A stretch of DNA of 64,000 nucleotides from an uncultured Thermoanaerobaculia bacterium (GCA_964591165.1 CAZPZW010000002.1:3840-67839), one strand, 5' to 3'; positions 17,134 to 26,207 are shown, numbered from the stretch's first letter. Notes: generated from the sequence alone by a model not told the origin. Program-made: numbers and translations.

Positions 17134-18363
17134 ATGGCAAAACTCACTCCATTCCGCGCGTTGCGTCCGGCCGTCGAGGTCGCCGCGCGAGTCTCCTCCG
17201 TGCCCTACGACGTGGTCTCGGTCGACGAGGCCAGGGCGCTCGCCGGGAGGGAGCCACTCTCCTTCCTGCACGTCACCCGTTCCGAGATCGACCTGCCGGG
17301 AATCGACCCCTACTCCCCCGAGGTCTACGCCGCGGCCCGCCGGCGTCTCTTCGCCCTCAAGGAGAGTGCTCCACTGGTACTCGAGGAGCGGCCGACCGTC
17401 TACCTCTATCGCCTGCGCATGGGCGCGCACGAGCAGATCGGCGTCGCCGCCGCCTACAGCGTGGAAGAGTACGCCGACGACCGGATCAAGAAGCACGAGA
17501 AGACGCGGCGCGACAAGGAGGACGACCGGACCCGCCACATCTGCGAGCTGCGGGCCCAGACCGGCGTCGTCTTCCTGACCTACCGTGCCGTCCCCGAGCT
17601 CGATCGCCGGATCGCGGCCGCGTCAGCCGGCGAGCCGCTCTACGACTTCGTCTCGGCCGACGGCGTGGGCCATACCGTCTGGCGGCTCGACGCCGCGGAC
17701 TGCGACGCCGTCGTCGCCGCGTTCGCCGGAGTTCCGGCGCTCTACGTGGCCGACGGGCACCATCGCGCGGCTTCGGCCTGGCGCGCCCGCGAGGAGATCC
17801 GGTCGGGCGCCGTCCGGCACCCGGCGGCACCCGGAGCGGGTTCGCCCGAGACCTTTCTCGCGGTGGCCTTCCCGCACGATCAGATGCAGATTCTGCCCTA
17901 CCACCGGGTGGTGAAGGACCTCCACGGCCACTCCGCGGGCGAGCTACTCCGCGCGCTCGAGGAGCGATTCGCCTTCGTCGAGGGACCGCCACAGCCACGG
18001 GTCAAGGGCCAGGTCGGCCTCTTCCTGGACGGCCGCTGGTCGACCTTCGTCCTACCCGAGCCGGACGGCGATTCGCCGATCGCGCGACTCGACTGCAACC
18101 TCCTGCAGGAGCAGGTTCTCGGACCTCTCCTGGGGATCAGCGATCCGCGCAGCGACAAGCGGATCGATTTCGTCGGCGGCATTCGCGGCACGGCCGAGCT
18201 CGAGCGCTGGGTCGCCTCGGGGCGCGCCGCCGTCGCCTTCGCCATGCATCCGGTCACCGTCGAGGATCTCTTCGCCGTCTCCGACGCCGGCGAATGCATG
18301 CCCCCGAAGTCCACCTGGTTCGAGCCCAAGCTGCGCGATGGGCTCCTGGTTCACGAGATCTGA
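17134..18363 (+). CDS. DUF1015 family protein (unknown function)
   Basis: This is the 3' part of ORF 16957..18363. MAKLTPFRALRPA...VSSVPYDVV...IKKHEKTRRDKEDDRTRHI...ALYVADGHHR... matches my recollection of the DUF1015 pattern. The alternative ATG at 17125 is in frame. Confidence 0.85.
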   Translation: MAKLTPFRALRPAVEVAARVSSVPYDVVSVDEARALAGREPLSFLHVTRSEIDLPGIDPYSPEVYAAARRRLFALKESAPLVLEERPTVYLYRLRMGAHEQIGVAAAYSVEEYADDRIKKHEKTRRDKEDDRTRHICELRAQTGVVFLTYRAVPELDRRIAAASAGEPLYDFVSADGVGHTVWRLDAADCDAVVAAFAGVPALYVADGHHRAASAWRAREEIRSGAVRHPAAPGAGSPETFLAVAFPHDQMQILPYHRVVKDLHGHSAGELLRALEERFAFVEGPPQPRVKGQVGLFLDGRWSTFVLPEPDGDSPIARLDCNLLQEQVLGPLLGISDPRSDKRIDFVGGIRGTAELERWVASGRAAVAFAMHPVTVEDLFAVSDAGECMPPKSTWFEPKLRDGLLVHEI

Positions 18364-18381
18364 GTTCTCTGGAGGAGCGTC

Positions 18382-19644
18382 ATGAAAGTCCTGATCGCCG
18401 ACAAGTTCGAGAAGAGCGGCCTCGACGGCCTCGCCGCCGCCGGCTGTGAAGTGATCTACCAACCCGACCTCAAGGACGAGACTCTGGTCGCCGCGCTCGC
18501 CGAGTCCGGCGCCGAAGTGCTCGTCGTCCGCAGCACCAAGGTCACCGCCGCCATGATCGCCGCCGGCCAGCTCGCGCTCATCGTCCGTGCCGGCGCCGGC
18601 TACAACACCATCGACGTCGCGGCCGCCTCGGCGCGCGGCATCTACGTCTCGAACTGCCCCGGCAAGAACGCGATCGCCGTCGCGGAGCTCGCCATGGGAC
18701 TCATCCTCTCCCTCGACCGGCGAATCCCGGACAACGTGGCGGAGTTACGCGCCGGCAAGTGGAACAAGAAGGAGTACTCCAAGGCGCGTGGCATCCAGGG
18801 GCGCACCCTGGGACTGCTCGGATTCGGCAACATCGGCCAGGAGATGGCCAAGCGCGCCCAGGCCTTCGGCATGGACATCGCCGTGTGGAGCGAGATCGGC
18901 GTCGAAACCGACCGTTCGGGCGTACCGGTCGACCTGCCGCTCCTGGTTCGGCTGCGTCCCGCCACCGGATCGCCACTCGAGCCCAACGTCAAGGTCTGCG
19001 ACTCCCCCGAGGAGGTCGCCGAGCACGCCGACATCCTTTCGATTCACCTCGCCCTCACGGAGCGCACGCGCGGCCTGATCGGCAAGAGCGTGCTCGATCG
19101 CCTGCGCCCGGGGTCCTTCGTCATCAACACCGCGCGCGCCGAGGTGATCGACATGGCAGCGCTCGCCGAGGCCGTCCGGGCGAAGGGGCTGCGCGTCGGC
19201 CTCGACGTCTACTCCGGCGAGCCGGCGAGCGCCACGGCGGAGTTCCGCGAGCCGTTGATGGAGCTGCCGAACGTCTACGGCACCCATCACATCGGCGCTT
19301 CGACCGAGCAGGCGCAGGAGGCCATCGCCGCCGAGACGGTGCGCATCGTGCGCGCCTTCGGCGAGACCGGCAAGGTGCCCAACGTGGTCAACCTGGCGCG
19401 CCGCACGAAGGCGACCCATCGGCTGATCGTCCGGCACGAGGATCGTCCGGGGGTGCTGGCGCAGGTCTTCGCGGGGCTCCTCGCCGAGGGGATCAACGTC
19501 GAGGAGACCGAGAACGTGGTCTTCGACGGCGCCAAGGCGGCGATCGCCCGCATCCACGTCGATCGCGAACCGACCAAGAGCCTGCTCGAACGCATCCGCG
19601 CCGGGAGCGCGCACATCCTCGATCTCCGTCTGGTGACCATCTGA
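18382..19644 (+). CDS. serA: D-3-phosphoglycerate dehydrogenase (2-hydroxyacid dehydrogenase plus C-terminal ACT domain)
   Basis: 420 aa. It has GLLGFGNIGQEMAKRA (NAD-binding motif) and HLALTERTRGLIG. The C-terminal segment HRLIVRHEDRPGVLAQVFAGLLAEGINV is ACT-like. A good SD (GGAGGAG) lies upstream. Confidence 0.9.
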   Translation: MKVLIADKFEKSGLDGLAAAGCEVIYQPDLKDETLVAALAESGAEVLVVRSTKVTAAMIAAGQLALIVRAGAGYNTIDVAAASARGIYVSNCPGKNAIAVAELAMGLILSLDRRIPDNVAELRAGKWNKKEYSKARGIQGRTLGLLGFGNIGQEMAKRAQAFGMDIAVWSEIGVETDRSGVPVDLPLLVRLRPATGSPLEPNVKVCDSPEEVAEHADILSIHLALTERTRGLIGKSVLDRLRPGSFVINTARAEVIDMAALAEAVRAKGLRVGLDVYSGEPASATAEFREPLMELPNVYGTHHIGASTEQAQEAIAAETVRIVRAFGETGKVPNVVNLARRTKATHRLIVRHEDRPGVLAQVFAGLLAEGINVEETENVVFDGAKAAIARIHVDREPTKSLLERIRAGSAHILDLRLVTI

Positions 19645-20534
19645 CCGCGATCCGGTCGCTCGCCGGGGTCGCTGCGGTCACGCGCCGCGGTCCGCGGTCC
19701 GCGGCGCCGGCGCTGTTCCTCGAGCTGCCGCACGGGGCGACGCGCCGAACCGACTTCTCCCGGCTCGCCGGCCGGATGACCAGCCGCCTGCCCGAAGACC
19801 TCGACGCTTTCTTCCACGTCAACACCGACGAGGGCTCGCCCGAGCTCGCGCAGCGGATCGCCGAGCTGGTGGGCAGCGAGTGGCGGCCCAGGCGTCCGGT
19901 CCTGGTGATCCGATCGCTGTTGCCGAGGACGCTCGTCGACTGCAACCGGGTCGTGGACCACGCGACCTCCGGCGGCATGACGCCGGGCATCCCGCCCTAC
20001 GTCACCACGGCCGCCGATCAGGCGTTGCTGCGCGACCTGCACCGTCGCTACAGCGACTTGGCCGAGGCAGCCTATGCCGCGGTCTGCGGCAACGGCGGAC
20101 TGGCCATCGCGCTGCACACCTACTCCCCGCGCTCGGTCGAGGTCGACGTCGATGCCCGGGTGGTCGAGGCGCTGCGTCGCGCCTACGCGCCGGGGACCTA
20201 CGAGCGCTGGCCGCTACGGCCGCCGGTCGACCTGCTCACGGCAGGCAGCGACGGCGTCGATCTCGCGCCCGAGGGGCTCGCCGAGGCGATCTGCGCGGAG
20301 CTCGACGCGGTCGGGATCGAGGCGCGGCGCAACGCCACCTACAGCCTCCATCCCGCGACCCAGGGATTCCGCCACGCCGCGCGCTGGCCGGGACGGACGC
20401 TCGCCATCGAGGTCCGGCGCGATCTGCTCGGGGCGCCCTTCCGGCCCTTCGAAGAGTCGGCGATCGGGCCCGAGAACGTCGAGCGCCTGGCGGTCCCGTT
20501 GGCAAAGGCCCTCGCCCGGAGACTCGCACCCTGA
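19641..20534 (+). CDS. N-formylglutamate amidohydrolase (FGase/HutG)-family protein; start codon uncertain
   Basis: This is the 3' part of ORF 18759..20534 and contains LLPRTLVDCNR and LAIALHTYSP. The family-like N-terminal motif LFLELPHGATR lies upstream of the first ATG (19776). The only initiator-like in-frame codon there is CTG 19641, which gives a CTGA overlap with the serA stop. A conservative alternative is 19776..20534. Confidence 0.65.
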   Translation: MTAIRSLAGVAAVTRRGPRSAAPALFLELPHGATRRTDFSRLAGRMTSRLPEDLDAFFHVNTDEGSPELAQRIAELVGSEWRPRRPVLVIRSLLPRTLVDCNRVVDHATSGGMTPGIPPYVTTAADQALLRDLHRRYSDLAEAAYAAVCGNGGLAIALHTYSPRSVEVDVDARVVEALRRAYAPGTYERWPLRPPVDLLTAGSDGVDLAPEGLAEAICAELDAVGIEARRNATYSLHPATQGFRHAARWPGRTLAIEVRRDLLGAPFRPFEESAIGPENVERLAVPLAKALARRLAP

Positions 20535-20538
20535 CGGG

Positions 20539-21360
20539 TCAGGCGCCGTCCGCCGCCTCGAGCAGGAGGTCGATCACCGTCGCCGCGGCTTCGACGTAGA
20601 ACTCGCGGTCGATCCGCTCGAAGGTGTCCTGCGGAGTGTGATGGTCCGCGTGATCCTCGACTCCGAAGTAGAGCCAAGGCACGCCCGCCTCGTGGAACAC
20701 CGCGTGGTCGGATTCGGTCGTCCAATCGTCGCGCTCGGGATCCTCGCCGTCGTGCCCCAACCGCAGGACGACCGGGGCGCGCATCGCGTGCTCGAGCACC
20801 CAGGGTAGCAGCTCGGGATGATGCCACGTGCCGGCGACCCAGAGCTCGCCCGCCGCGCTGCGCGCCAGCATGTCGAGATTGACCAGGAGCTCCACCCGCT
20901 CGAGCGGGAACGGGGGATCGGCCAGCAACGCGCGCGAGCCGGTGCAGCCCTGCTCCTCGCCGTCCGGAGAGACGAAGAGCACGGTCCGACGGCGCGGCTC
21001 GGCCGCGAGCGCCGAGGCCGCGGCGAGCAGGGCGGCGACCCCGGAGGCGTTGTCGTCCGCGCCGGGGTAGACCTCGCCCGCCACCTCGCCGAGGTGATCG
21101 TGGTGCGCGGTGACCATCAGCCAGCCGAGTCGCGGGTCCTCGCCGGGCAGCACGCCGAGGAGGTTCACGCCTTCCGGTCCCCACCCGAACGGGTGGCGGA
21201 AGTCGTCGCCGATCGGACGGAGACCGATCTCGGCGAAGCGCGCCTCGAGGAAGGCGCGCGCCGCCTCCGCGCCCGGGCTCCCGGTGCGACGGCCCGCCAT
21301 CACCGAGGAAGTCAGGACGCGCAGATCCTCGAGCATGCGGTGGGCGAAGAGCGGCTCCAC
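20539..21360 (-). CDS. M28 family metallopeptidase (aminopeptidase)
   Basis: This is the 3' part of ORF 20539..21591 and contains LMVTAHHDHLG, PGADDNASGVAALL, FVSPDGEEQGCTGS and HHTPQDT. The start is GTG 21360 or ATG 21336. The upstream part of the listed ORF crosses the serC promoter region. Confidence 0.8.
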   Translation of the reverse strand: MEPLFAHRMLEDLRVLTSSVMAGRRTGSPGAEAARAFLEARFAEIGLRPIGDDFRHPFGWGPEGVNLLGVLPGEDPRLGWLMVTAHHDHLGEVAGEVYPGADDNASGVAALLAAASALAAEPRRRTVLFVSPDGEEQGCTGSRALLADPPFPLERVELLVNLDMLARSAAGELWVAGTWHHPELLPWVLEHAMRAPVVLRLGHDGEDPERDDWTTESDHAVFHEAGVPWLYFGVEDHADHHTPQDTFERIDREFYVEAAATVIDLLLEAADGA

Positions 21361-21370
21361 GACGGCACCG

Positions 21371-21396
21371 ATCCTAGTCGATTCGACTGCTAGGAT
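21371..21396. promoter_or_regulatory. Inverted repeat ATCCTAG-TCGAtTCGA-ctg-CTAGGAT, with inner palindrome AGTCGAtTCGACT, between the M28 peptidase gene and serC
   Basis: Read directly from the sequence. It forms a local AT-richer island in the divergent promoter region. It shares the sTCGA-N1-2-TCGAs core with the 17093 palindrome. Confidence 0.4.
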
Positions 21397-21459
21397 TCCC
21401 TCGGAGGCTGCGCGCGGGATCGCGCCGCGACGTCGGGCTCCAACCTTCCGGAGGTATCC

Positions 21460-22557
21460 ATGGCCAACGTCCATCGCATCTTCAACTTCTCCGCCGGTCC
21501 GGCGGTGCTGCCGCTGCCGGTGCTCGAGGAGGCGCGCGAGCATCTTCTCGCCTTGCCCGGGGTCGGCATGTCGGTGCTCGAGATCAGTCACCGCTCGAAG
21601 GTCTTCGAGGAGATCTGCTTCGGCGCCGAAGCCGACCTCCGGCAGCTCGCCGGCGTGCCCGACGGCTATCAGGTCCTCTTCCTGCAGGGCGGGGCGACGC
21701 TGCAGTTCTCGATGGTGCCGATGAACCTGCTACCCGCGGGTGGAACCGCCGACTATCTCGAGACCGGCGCCTGGTCGGAGAAGGCGATCAAGGAGGCGAA
21801 GAAGATCGCCGGCGTCCACGTCGCCGCGAGCTCGAAGGCGACCAACTTCGACCGCATTCCCGACGCCGCCTCGATCACCTACAGCGCCGCGCCGGCCTAC
21901 GTGCACATGACGTCCAACAACACGATCTTCGGCACGCAGTATCACTGGACGCCCGAAGTGCCGGCGGGCGTGCCGCTGATCAACGACGCTTCGTCCGACA
22001 TCTTCTGCGCCCCGTTCGACGTGTCGCGCTTCGGGCTTATCTACGCCGGCGCGCAGAAGAACCTGTCGATCGCCGGGTTGACCCTGGTCATCGTGCGCGA
22101 CGACCTGATCGGGAGAGCGCCGGAGGGACTTCCCGTCTATCTCAAGTACTCGACGCACGCCAAGGAGCGCTCGCTCTACAACACGCCGCCGACGTTCGGG
22201 ATCTACATCCTGCGGCTCGTCCTGAAGTGGCTGCTCGCCAACGGCGGCCTACCGGCGATGGGTGAGCGCAACCGCGCCAAGGCCGAGAAGCTCTACGCCG
22301 CGATCGACGGCTCGGGCGGCTTCTATCGCGGCCACGCGCAACGCGACTCGCGCTCGTGGATGAACGTCACCTACCGTCTGCCCTCCGAGGAGCTCGAAAA
22401 GCAGTTCGTCGCCGAAGCCACCCAGCTCGGGCTCAACGGGCTCAAGGGACACCGCTCGGTGGGCGGGATCCGGGCGTCGATCTACAACGCCTTCCCCGCC
22501 GAGGGGGTCGACGCGCTGGTCGCGTTCATGCAGGATTTCCAGCGCCGCATGGGCTGA
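21460..22557 (+). CDS. serC: Phosphoserine aminotransferase
   Basis: 365 aa. It reads MANVHRIFNFSAGPAVLPLPVLEEA...GMSVLEISHRSK.F and contains YAGAQKN (PLP Lys) and GHRSVGGIRASIYNA. An SD (GGAGG) lies upstream. Confidence 0.95.
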   Translation: MANVHRIFNFSAGPAVLPLPVLEEAREHLLALPGVGMSVLEISHRSKVFEEICFGAEADLRQLAGVPDGYQVLFLQGGATLQFSMVPMNLLPAGGTADYLETGAWSEKAIKEAKKIAGVHVAASSKATNFDRIPDAASITYSAAPAYVHMTSNNTIFGTQYHWTPEVPAGVPLINDASSDIFCAPFDVSRFGLIYAGAQKNLSIAGLTLVIVRDDLIGRAPEGLPVYLKYSTHAKERSLYNTPPTFGIYILRLVLKWLLANGGLPAMGERNRAKAEKLYAAIDGSGGFYRGHAQRDSRSWMNVTYRLPSEELEKQFVAEATQLGLNGLKGHRSVGGIRASIYNAFPAEGVDALVAFMQDFQRRMG

Positions 22558-22603
22558 TCGGGCAAGCACCACCGCGGATCGCCGGTCGCCACGGCCGCCG
22601 CGC

Positions 22604-23905
22604 TCAGCGGCGGCCGTGGTGCTTGACCAGGCGGTCGTAGAGCAGCATGGCGATGGTCGAGACCACGCCGATCAGCCCGACGACGTACCACATGCGCTGC
22701 GGCGCGGCCGATCCGGGCCCCGCGACGAAGGTCCCCTCGACCGTCTGGCCGATGAAATGGGTGACGAGCGGACCCGCGATCGCGCCCGCGATGAACGTGC
22801 CGATCGCGATCGGCAGGAAGGCGAAGCCCATGTAGGTTCCGACCTGGTCCTGCGGCGCCAGATCGGCGACGTACTCGTAGTAGCGCGGCGCCTGAAGCGC
22901 CTCGCCGAACGAATAGACGACGATCGCGACCACCGTCATCACCAGGGTCGGGAAGCTGCCCATCACGAACCAGGACGCCGAGGCGAGCGCGAATCCCAGG
23001 GTCATCGCCGCCATCGGCGGGAGCCGCTTGGCGAGCGCGGTGATCGGCACGGTGATGAGGATGATCGTCCAGGCGTCGACGGTCTCGATGATCTCGAACT
23101 GCCCGAACTTGAGCACGTCCCGCACGTAGAAGGGCAGCGAGTAGAAGATCTGCCAGAACATCGCCCAGAAGCCGGAGAAGATCAGCAGGAAGGTCATGAA
23201 CTTCAGGTTGCGGAAGACGGTCAGCATGTCCGCGAAGACCTGACCCATGCTCTTGGCGGCCGGGGCGTCGGCCGGGCGCTCGGGCTCCTTGTAGAAGGCC
23301 AGGGTGGCCGCGACCAACGCCACGGAAGTGAGCGACGACATCACCAGCACGTAGGCGATGCCGACCCGCTCGCGCACCTGCAGCGCCAGGATCGGACCGA
23401 TCGCGCCGCCGATGTTGACCAACGTGTAGTAGATCGAATAGCCGAGCGATTTCGTCTCGTGGGTGGTGGTGCGCGCCACCGTCCCGACGATCGACGGCTT
23501 GATCAGCGAGCCGCCGATGGCGGTGACGACCAGCGCGACGACCATGTAAGTCGTGGCGCCGAGCGCGTCGACCAACGGCTTGCCGGCCGGCAGGCCGCCG
23601 AGGCCGATCAGGAAGTAACCCAGGGAGAAGATGGCGAAACAGGCGAGCAGGCTCTTCTTGAAGCCATAGCGATCGACCACCGTTCCAGCGAGCACCGGCA
23701 GGAAATAGAGCAGCGCGTTGAACAGGCTGCCGACCAACCAGCCCGCCTTCTCCGGTCCGAGACCGACCTGATCGGCGATGTAGACCGCCAGGATCGCCTT
23801 CGAGCCGTAGTAGGCGAAGCGCTCGAAGAGCTCGATGACGTTGGCCACCCAGAAGGTCCGGGAGAAGCCGGTCTTGGCCTTGTCGAGAAACGCCGTCAGG
23901 GACAT
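22604..23905 (-). CDS. POT/PTR2-family proton-dependent di/tripeptide transporter (MFS)
   Basis: 433 aa. ELFERFAYYG is the ExxERFxYYG PTR2 signature, and about 12 hydrophobic helices are present. Confidence 0.9.
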   Translation of the reverse strand: MSLTAFLDKAKTGFSRTFWVANVIELFERFAYYGSKAILAVYIADQVGLGPEKAGWLVGSLFNALLYFLPVLAGTVVDRYGFKKSLLACFAIFSLGYFLIGLGGLPAGKPLVDALGATTYMVVALVVTAIGGSLIKPSIVGTVARTTTHETKSLGYSIYYTLVNIGGAIGPILALQVRERVGIAYVLVMSSLTSVALVAATLAFYKEPERPADAPAAKSMGQVFADMLTVFRNLKFMTFLLIFSGFWAMFWQIFYSLPFYVRDVLKFGQFEIIETVDAWTIILITVPITALAKRLPPMAAMTLGFALASASWFVMGSFPTLVMTVVAIVVYSFGEALQAPRYYEYVADLAPQDQVGTYMGFAFLPIAIGTFIAGAIAGPLVTHFIGQTVEGTFVAGPGSAAPQRMWYVVGLIGVVSTIAMLLYDRLVKHHGRR

Positions 23906-23930
23906 CGCGACCTCCGGGCTGGTGCTGGGA

Positions 23931-25949
23931 TCAGACCTTCACGTGCTTGAGCGGCAGGGCGACGAGCATCCAGCCGATGACGGCGAGCGCCACGAGCGAC
24001 GCCCAGGCTCCGGCGGGGCCGGTCACCCAGGCGAACTGGTCGACACCGAAGAACAGCTTGCTCAGCGAGACGAATCGTTCCGATGCCAGGACCAGACCGG
24101 CGAGCAGGACGCCGGTCAGTGACTCGCCGGCGATCAGGCCCGAGGCCACCAGTGAGCCGAAGTTGTCGAACGACTCGCCGGCGATGCCGCGCCGCCGCGC
24201 GAACGCGTCGGCCAGCTTCTTCAGGCAGCCGCCGACGAAGATCGCCCCGGTGGTCTCGAACGGCAGGTACATGCCCACCGCGATGAGCGTCGGCGACGGC
24301 GCCTTCATCAGGATGAGGGCGAGCGAGAAGCACATGCCGAAGAGAATCAGGCCCCAGGGCATCTGGCCGCCCACGATACCCTGCGAGAGCTGAGCCATCA
24401 GTCCGGCCTGCGGCGCGGGGATCGCCGGATCGCCGATCCCGATCCCTCCCTGCTTGAGATTCGCGTTGTGCAGCCAGAGCATCGGAAAGACGAGCACGAA
24501 CGAGGTGGTGATGGTGGCGACGATCTCGGCGATCTCCATCTTGCGCGGCGTGCCACCGAGGATGTGACCCACCTTGAGGTCCTGGATCAGGCTGCCGGAG
24601 ACGCAGATCGCGCAACAGACCACCGCCGAAACCCCGAGCACGGCCCCGACGCCCTTGAGGCCGGTCACTCCGAAGGCGACCATCATCAGGGCCGCCAGGA
24701 CGAGCGCGGAGAGGGTCAGGCCGGAGACCGGCTGGTTGGAGCCACCCACCAGACCGACCAGGTAGCCGCCGACCGCGGAGAGCAGGAAGCCGAGCACCAG
24801 CATGACCACCGCCGCCACGAGGGCGCCCACGAGGTTGTCGGTGAAGCGGTAGTAGAGCCAGGCCATCGGGATGGACAGTCCGACGATTCCGAAGAGGATC
24901 GAACGGGCGTCGAGGTCGCGCTCGAGCCGCGACGGATCCTGGATCCGGCTCCCCTTGTGGAAGGCGCCGCGGAAGGCCGAGCCGATCGACTGCCGCATGC
25001 CCCACATGGTCTTCGCCGCGCCGACCAACATGGCGCCCACCGCGATCGGGCGGACGACGTTGTACCAGACCGAGAAGATGAGCTCGCCTTCGGCCGGCGC
25101 CACGCCGCCGCTGGTGAAGCGCTCGGCGAGGCCCGGGTCGACGAAGAAGGCGAGCGGGATGAAGACCAGCCAGGCGAGGACTCCGCCCGAGAAGTTGATC
25201 GCCGCCAGATCGAAACCGATGATGTAGCCCACACCGATCAGGGCCGGCGAAATCGAGGGCGTGGCGAACGAGACGGCGCCCCGATGGGCGATGTCCCCCA
25301 GGGCGTTGCGCGACGAGTCGAAATGGTGCACGACCGACTCCGGCAGGCGGCGGAAGACTTCGACCGACTCGCGGAAGAGGCGGATGCCTGCCGAGTCCTT
25401 GAACACCTGGAGCAGCATGGCGAGGCCCATGGCGCCGAAGACGTATTTCGCCCCGGTTTCGCCGGCCTGCCCCGCCTTGACGATCGCCGCGCAGGCACGG
25501 CTCTCCGGAAAGGGCAGCCCGGCGTCCACCGCCAGCGTCCGTCGCAACAGGGTGATGAAGAGCACTCCGAGGATTCCGCCGATGAGCAGGATCAGGCAGG
25601 TCTGCCAATAGTCGAAGGAGGTCCAGAGGCGCTGGCCGTCGACCGAGACCAGGAGGAACGCCGGAATCGTGAAGATCGCCCCGGCAGCGAGCGCCTCTCC
25701 GACCGTGCCGGCGGCACGCGCGATGTTCTGCTCCAGCACCGTTCCGCGGAAGAACGGCAGCCGGAAGGCGGCGAGAGCGAGGATCGCGGCAGGGAAGGTC
25801 GCAGAAACGGTCTGGCCTGCCTTCAGGGCGAGATAGGCGTTGGCCGCACCCATCATCGCCGCCAGGAGGACACCGAGGAGCATCGCCTTCCAGGTGAGCT
25901 CGGCCAGATTCGTCTCGGCGGCGACGTACGGCTTGTGCTCCTCTTGCAT
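23931..25949 (-). CDS. OPT-family oligopeptide transporter
   Basis: 672 aa and highly hydrophobic. LTWKAMLLGVLLAAMMGAANAYLALKAGQTVSATFPAAIL and NIARAAGTVGEALAAG are typical of the bacterial OPT superfamily. Confidence 0.9.
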   Translation of the reverse strand: MQEEHKPYVAAETNLAELTWKAMLLGVLLAAMMGAANAYLALKAGQTVSATFPAAILALAAFRLPFFRGTVLEQNIARAAGTVGEALAAGAIFTIPAFLLVSVDGQRLWTSFDYWQTCLILLIGGILGVLFITLLRRTLAVDAGLPFPESRACAAIVKAGQAGETGAKYVFGAMGLAMLLQVFKDSAGIRLFRESVEVFRRLPESVVHHFDSSRNALGDIAHRGAVSFATPSISPALIGVGYIIGFDLAAINFSGGVLAWLVFIPLAFFVDPGLAERFTSGGVAPAEGELIFSVWYNVVRPIAVGAMLVGAAKTMWGMRQSIGSAFRGAFHKGSRIQDPSRLERDLDARSILFGIVGLSIPMAWLYYRFTDNLVGALVAAVVMLVLGFLLSAVGGYLVGLVGGSNQPVSGLTLSALVLAALMMVAFGVTGLKGVGAVLGVSAVVCCAICVSGSLIQDLKVGHILGGTPRKMEIAEIVATITTSFVLVFPMLWLHNANLKQGGIGIGDPAIPAPQAGLMAQLSQGIVGGQMPWGLILFGMCFSLALILMKAPSPTLIAVGMYLPFETTGAIFVGGCLKKLADAFARRRGIAGESFDNFGSLVASGLIAGESLTGVLLAGLVLASERFVSLSKLFFGVDQFAWVTGPAGAWASLVALAVIGWMLVALPLKHVKV

Positions 25950-25984
25950 GCCCCCTCCTGTCGGTTCCGCTCGGCGGATCCTAC

Positions 25985-26031
25985 AGAAAAAGGAGCGGCG
26001 CTTCGCCCCGTCGACGGGGCCTGGGCGCTCC
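25985..26031 (-). terminator. Intrinsic terminator downstream of tRNA-Pro
   Basis: On the minus strand, GGAGCG...GCCCCG-TCGA-CGGGGC...CGCTCC nested stems are followed by TTTTTCT. Confidence 0.6.
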
Positions 26032-26058
26032 GACCGGCTGGCTCTAGAGTGTCGAGAA

Positions 26059-26135
26059 TGGTCGGGGCGAGAGGATTTGAACCTCCGGCCTCACGGACCC
26101 GAACCGTGCGCTCTACCAAGCTGAGCTACGCCCCG
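26059..26135 (-). tRNA. tRNA-Pro (anticodon CGG), with encoded CCA
   Basis: The reverse complement is CGGGGCGTAGCTCAGCTTGGTAGAGCGCACGGTTCGGGTCCGTGAGGCCGGAGGTTCAAATCCTCTCGCCCCGACCA. It folds as a 7-bp acceptor stem, a D arm (GCTC/GAGC), an anticodon stem (CACGG/CCGTG) with loop TTCGGGT, and a T arm with TTCAAAT. Confidence 0.9.
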
Positions 26136-26207
26136 TTGCTGCTGAGCGGCGGGATCCCGTCGCCTCGGGTTCGCGACGGACGCGGAGTGGCTCCGCGGTG
26201 GTCAGGG

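Noticed and set aside
16414-17538. 374-aa minus-strand ORF crossing the divergent gap/DUF1015 intergenic region
   Set aside because: It runs through the promoter and palindrome region and is out of frame with the GAPDH paralog. Its composition is Arg/Gly-rich, so it is a shadow ORF.
22563-22625. Long interrupted inverted repeat at the convergent serC/POT junction: CAAGCACC...ACGGCCGCCGC-gctca-GCGGCGGCCGT-GGTGCTTG
   Set aside because: It is probably just a factor-independent-like terminator or stabiliser hairpin for the convergent transcripts. The loop contains the POT stop codon, the right arm is coding, and no T-tract follows. I could not support anything more specific.
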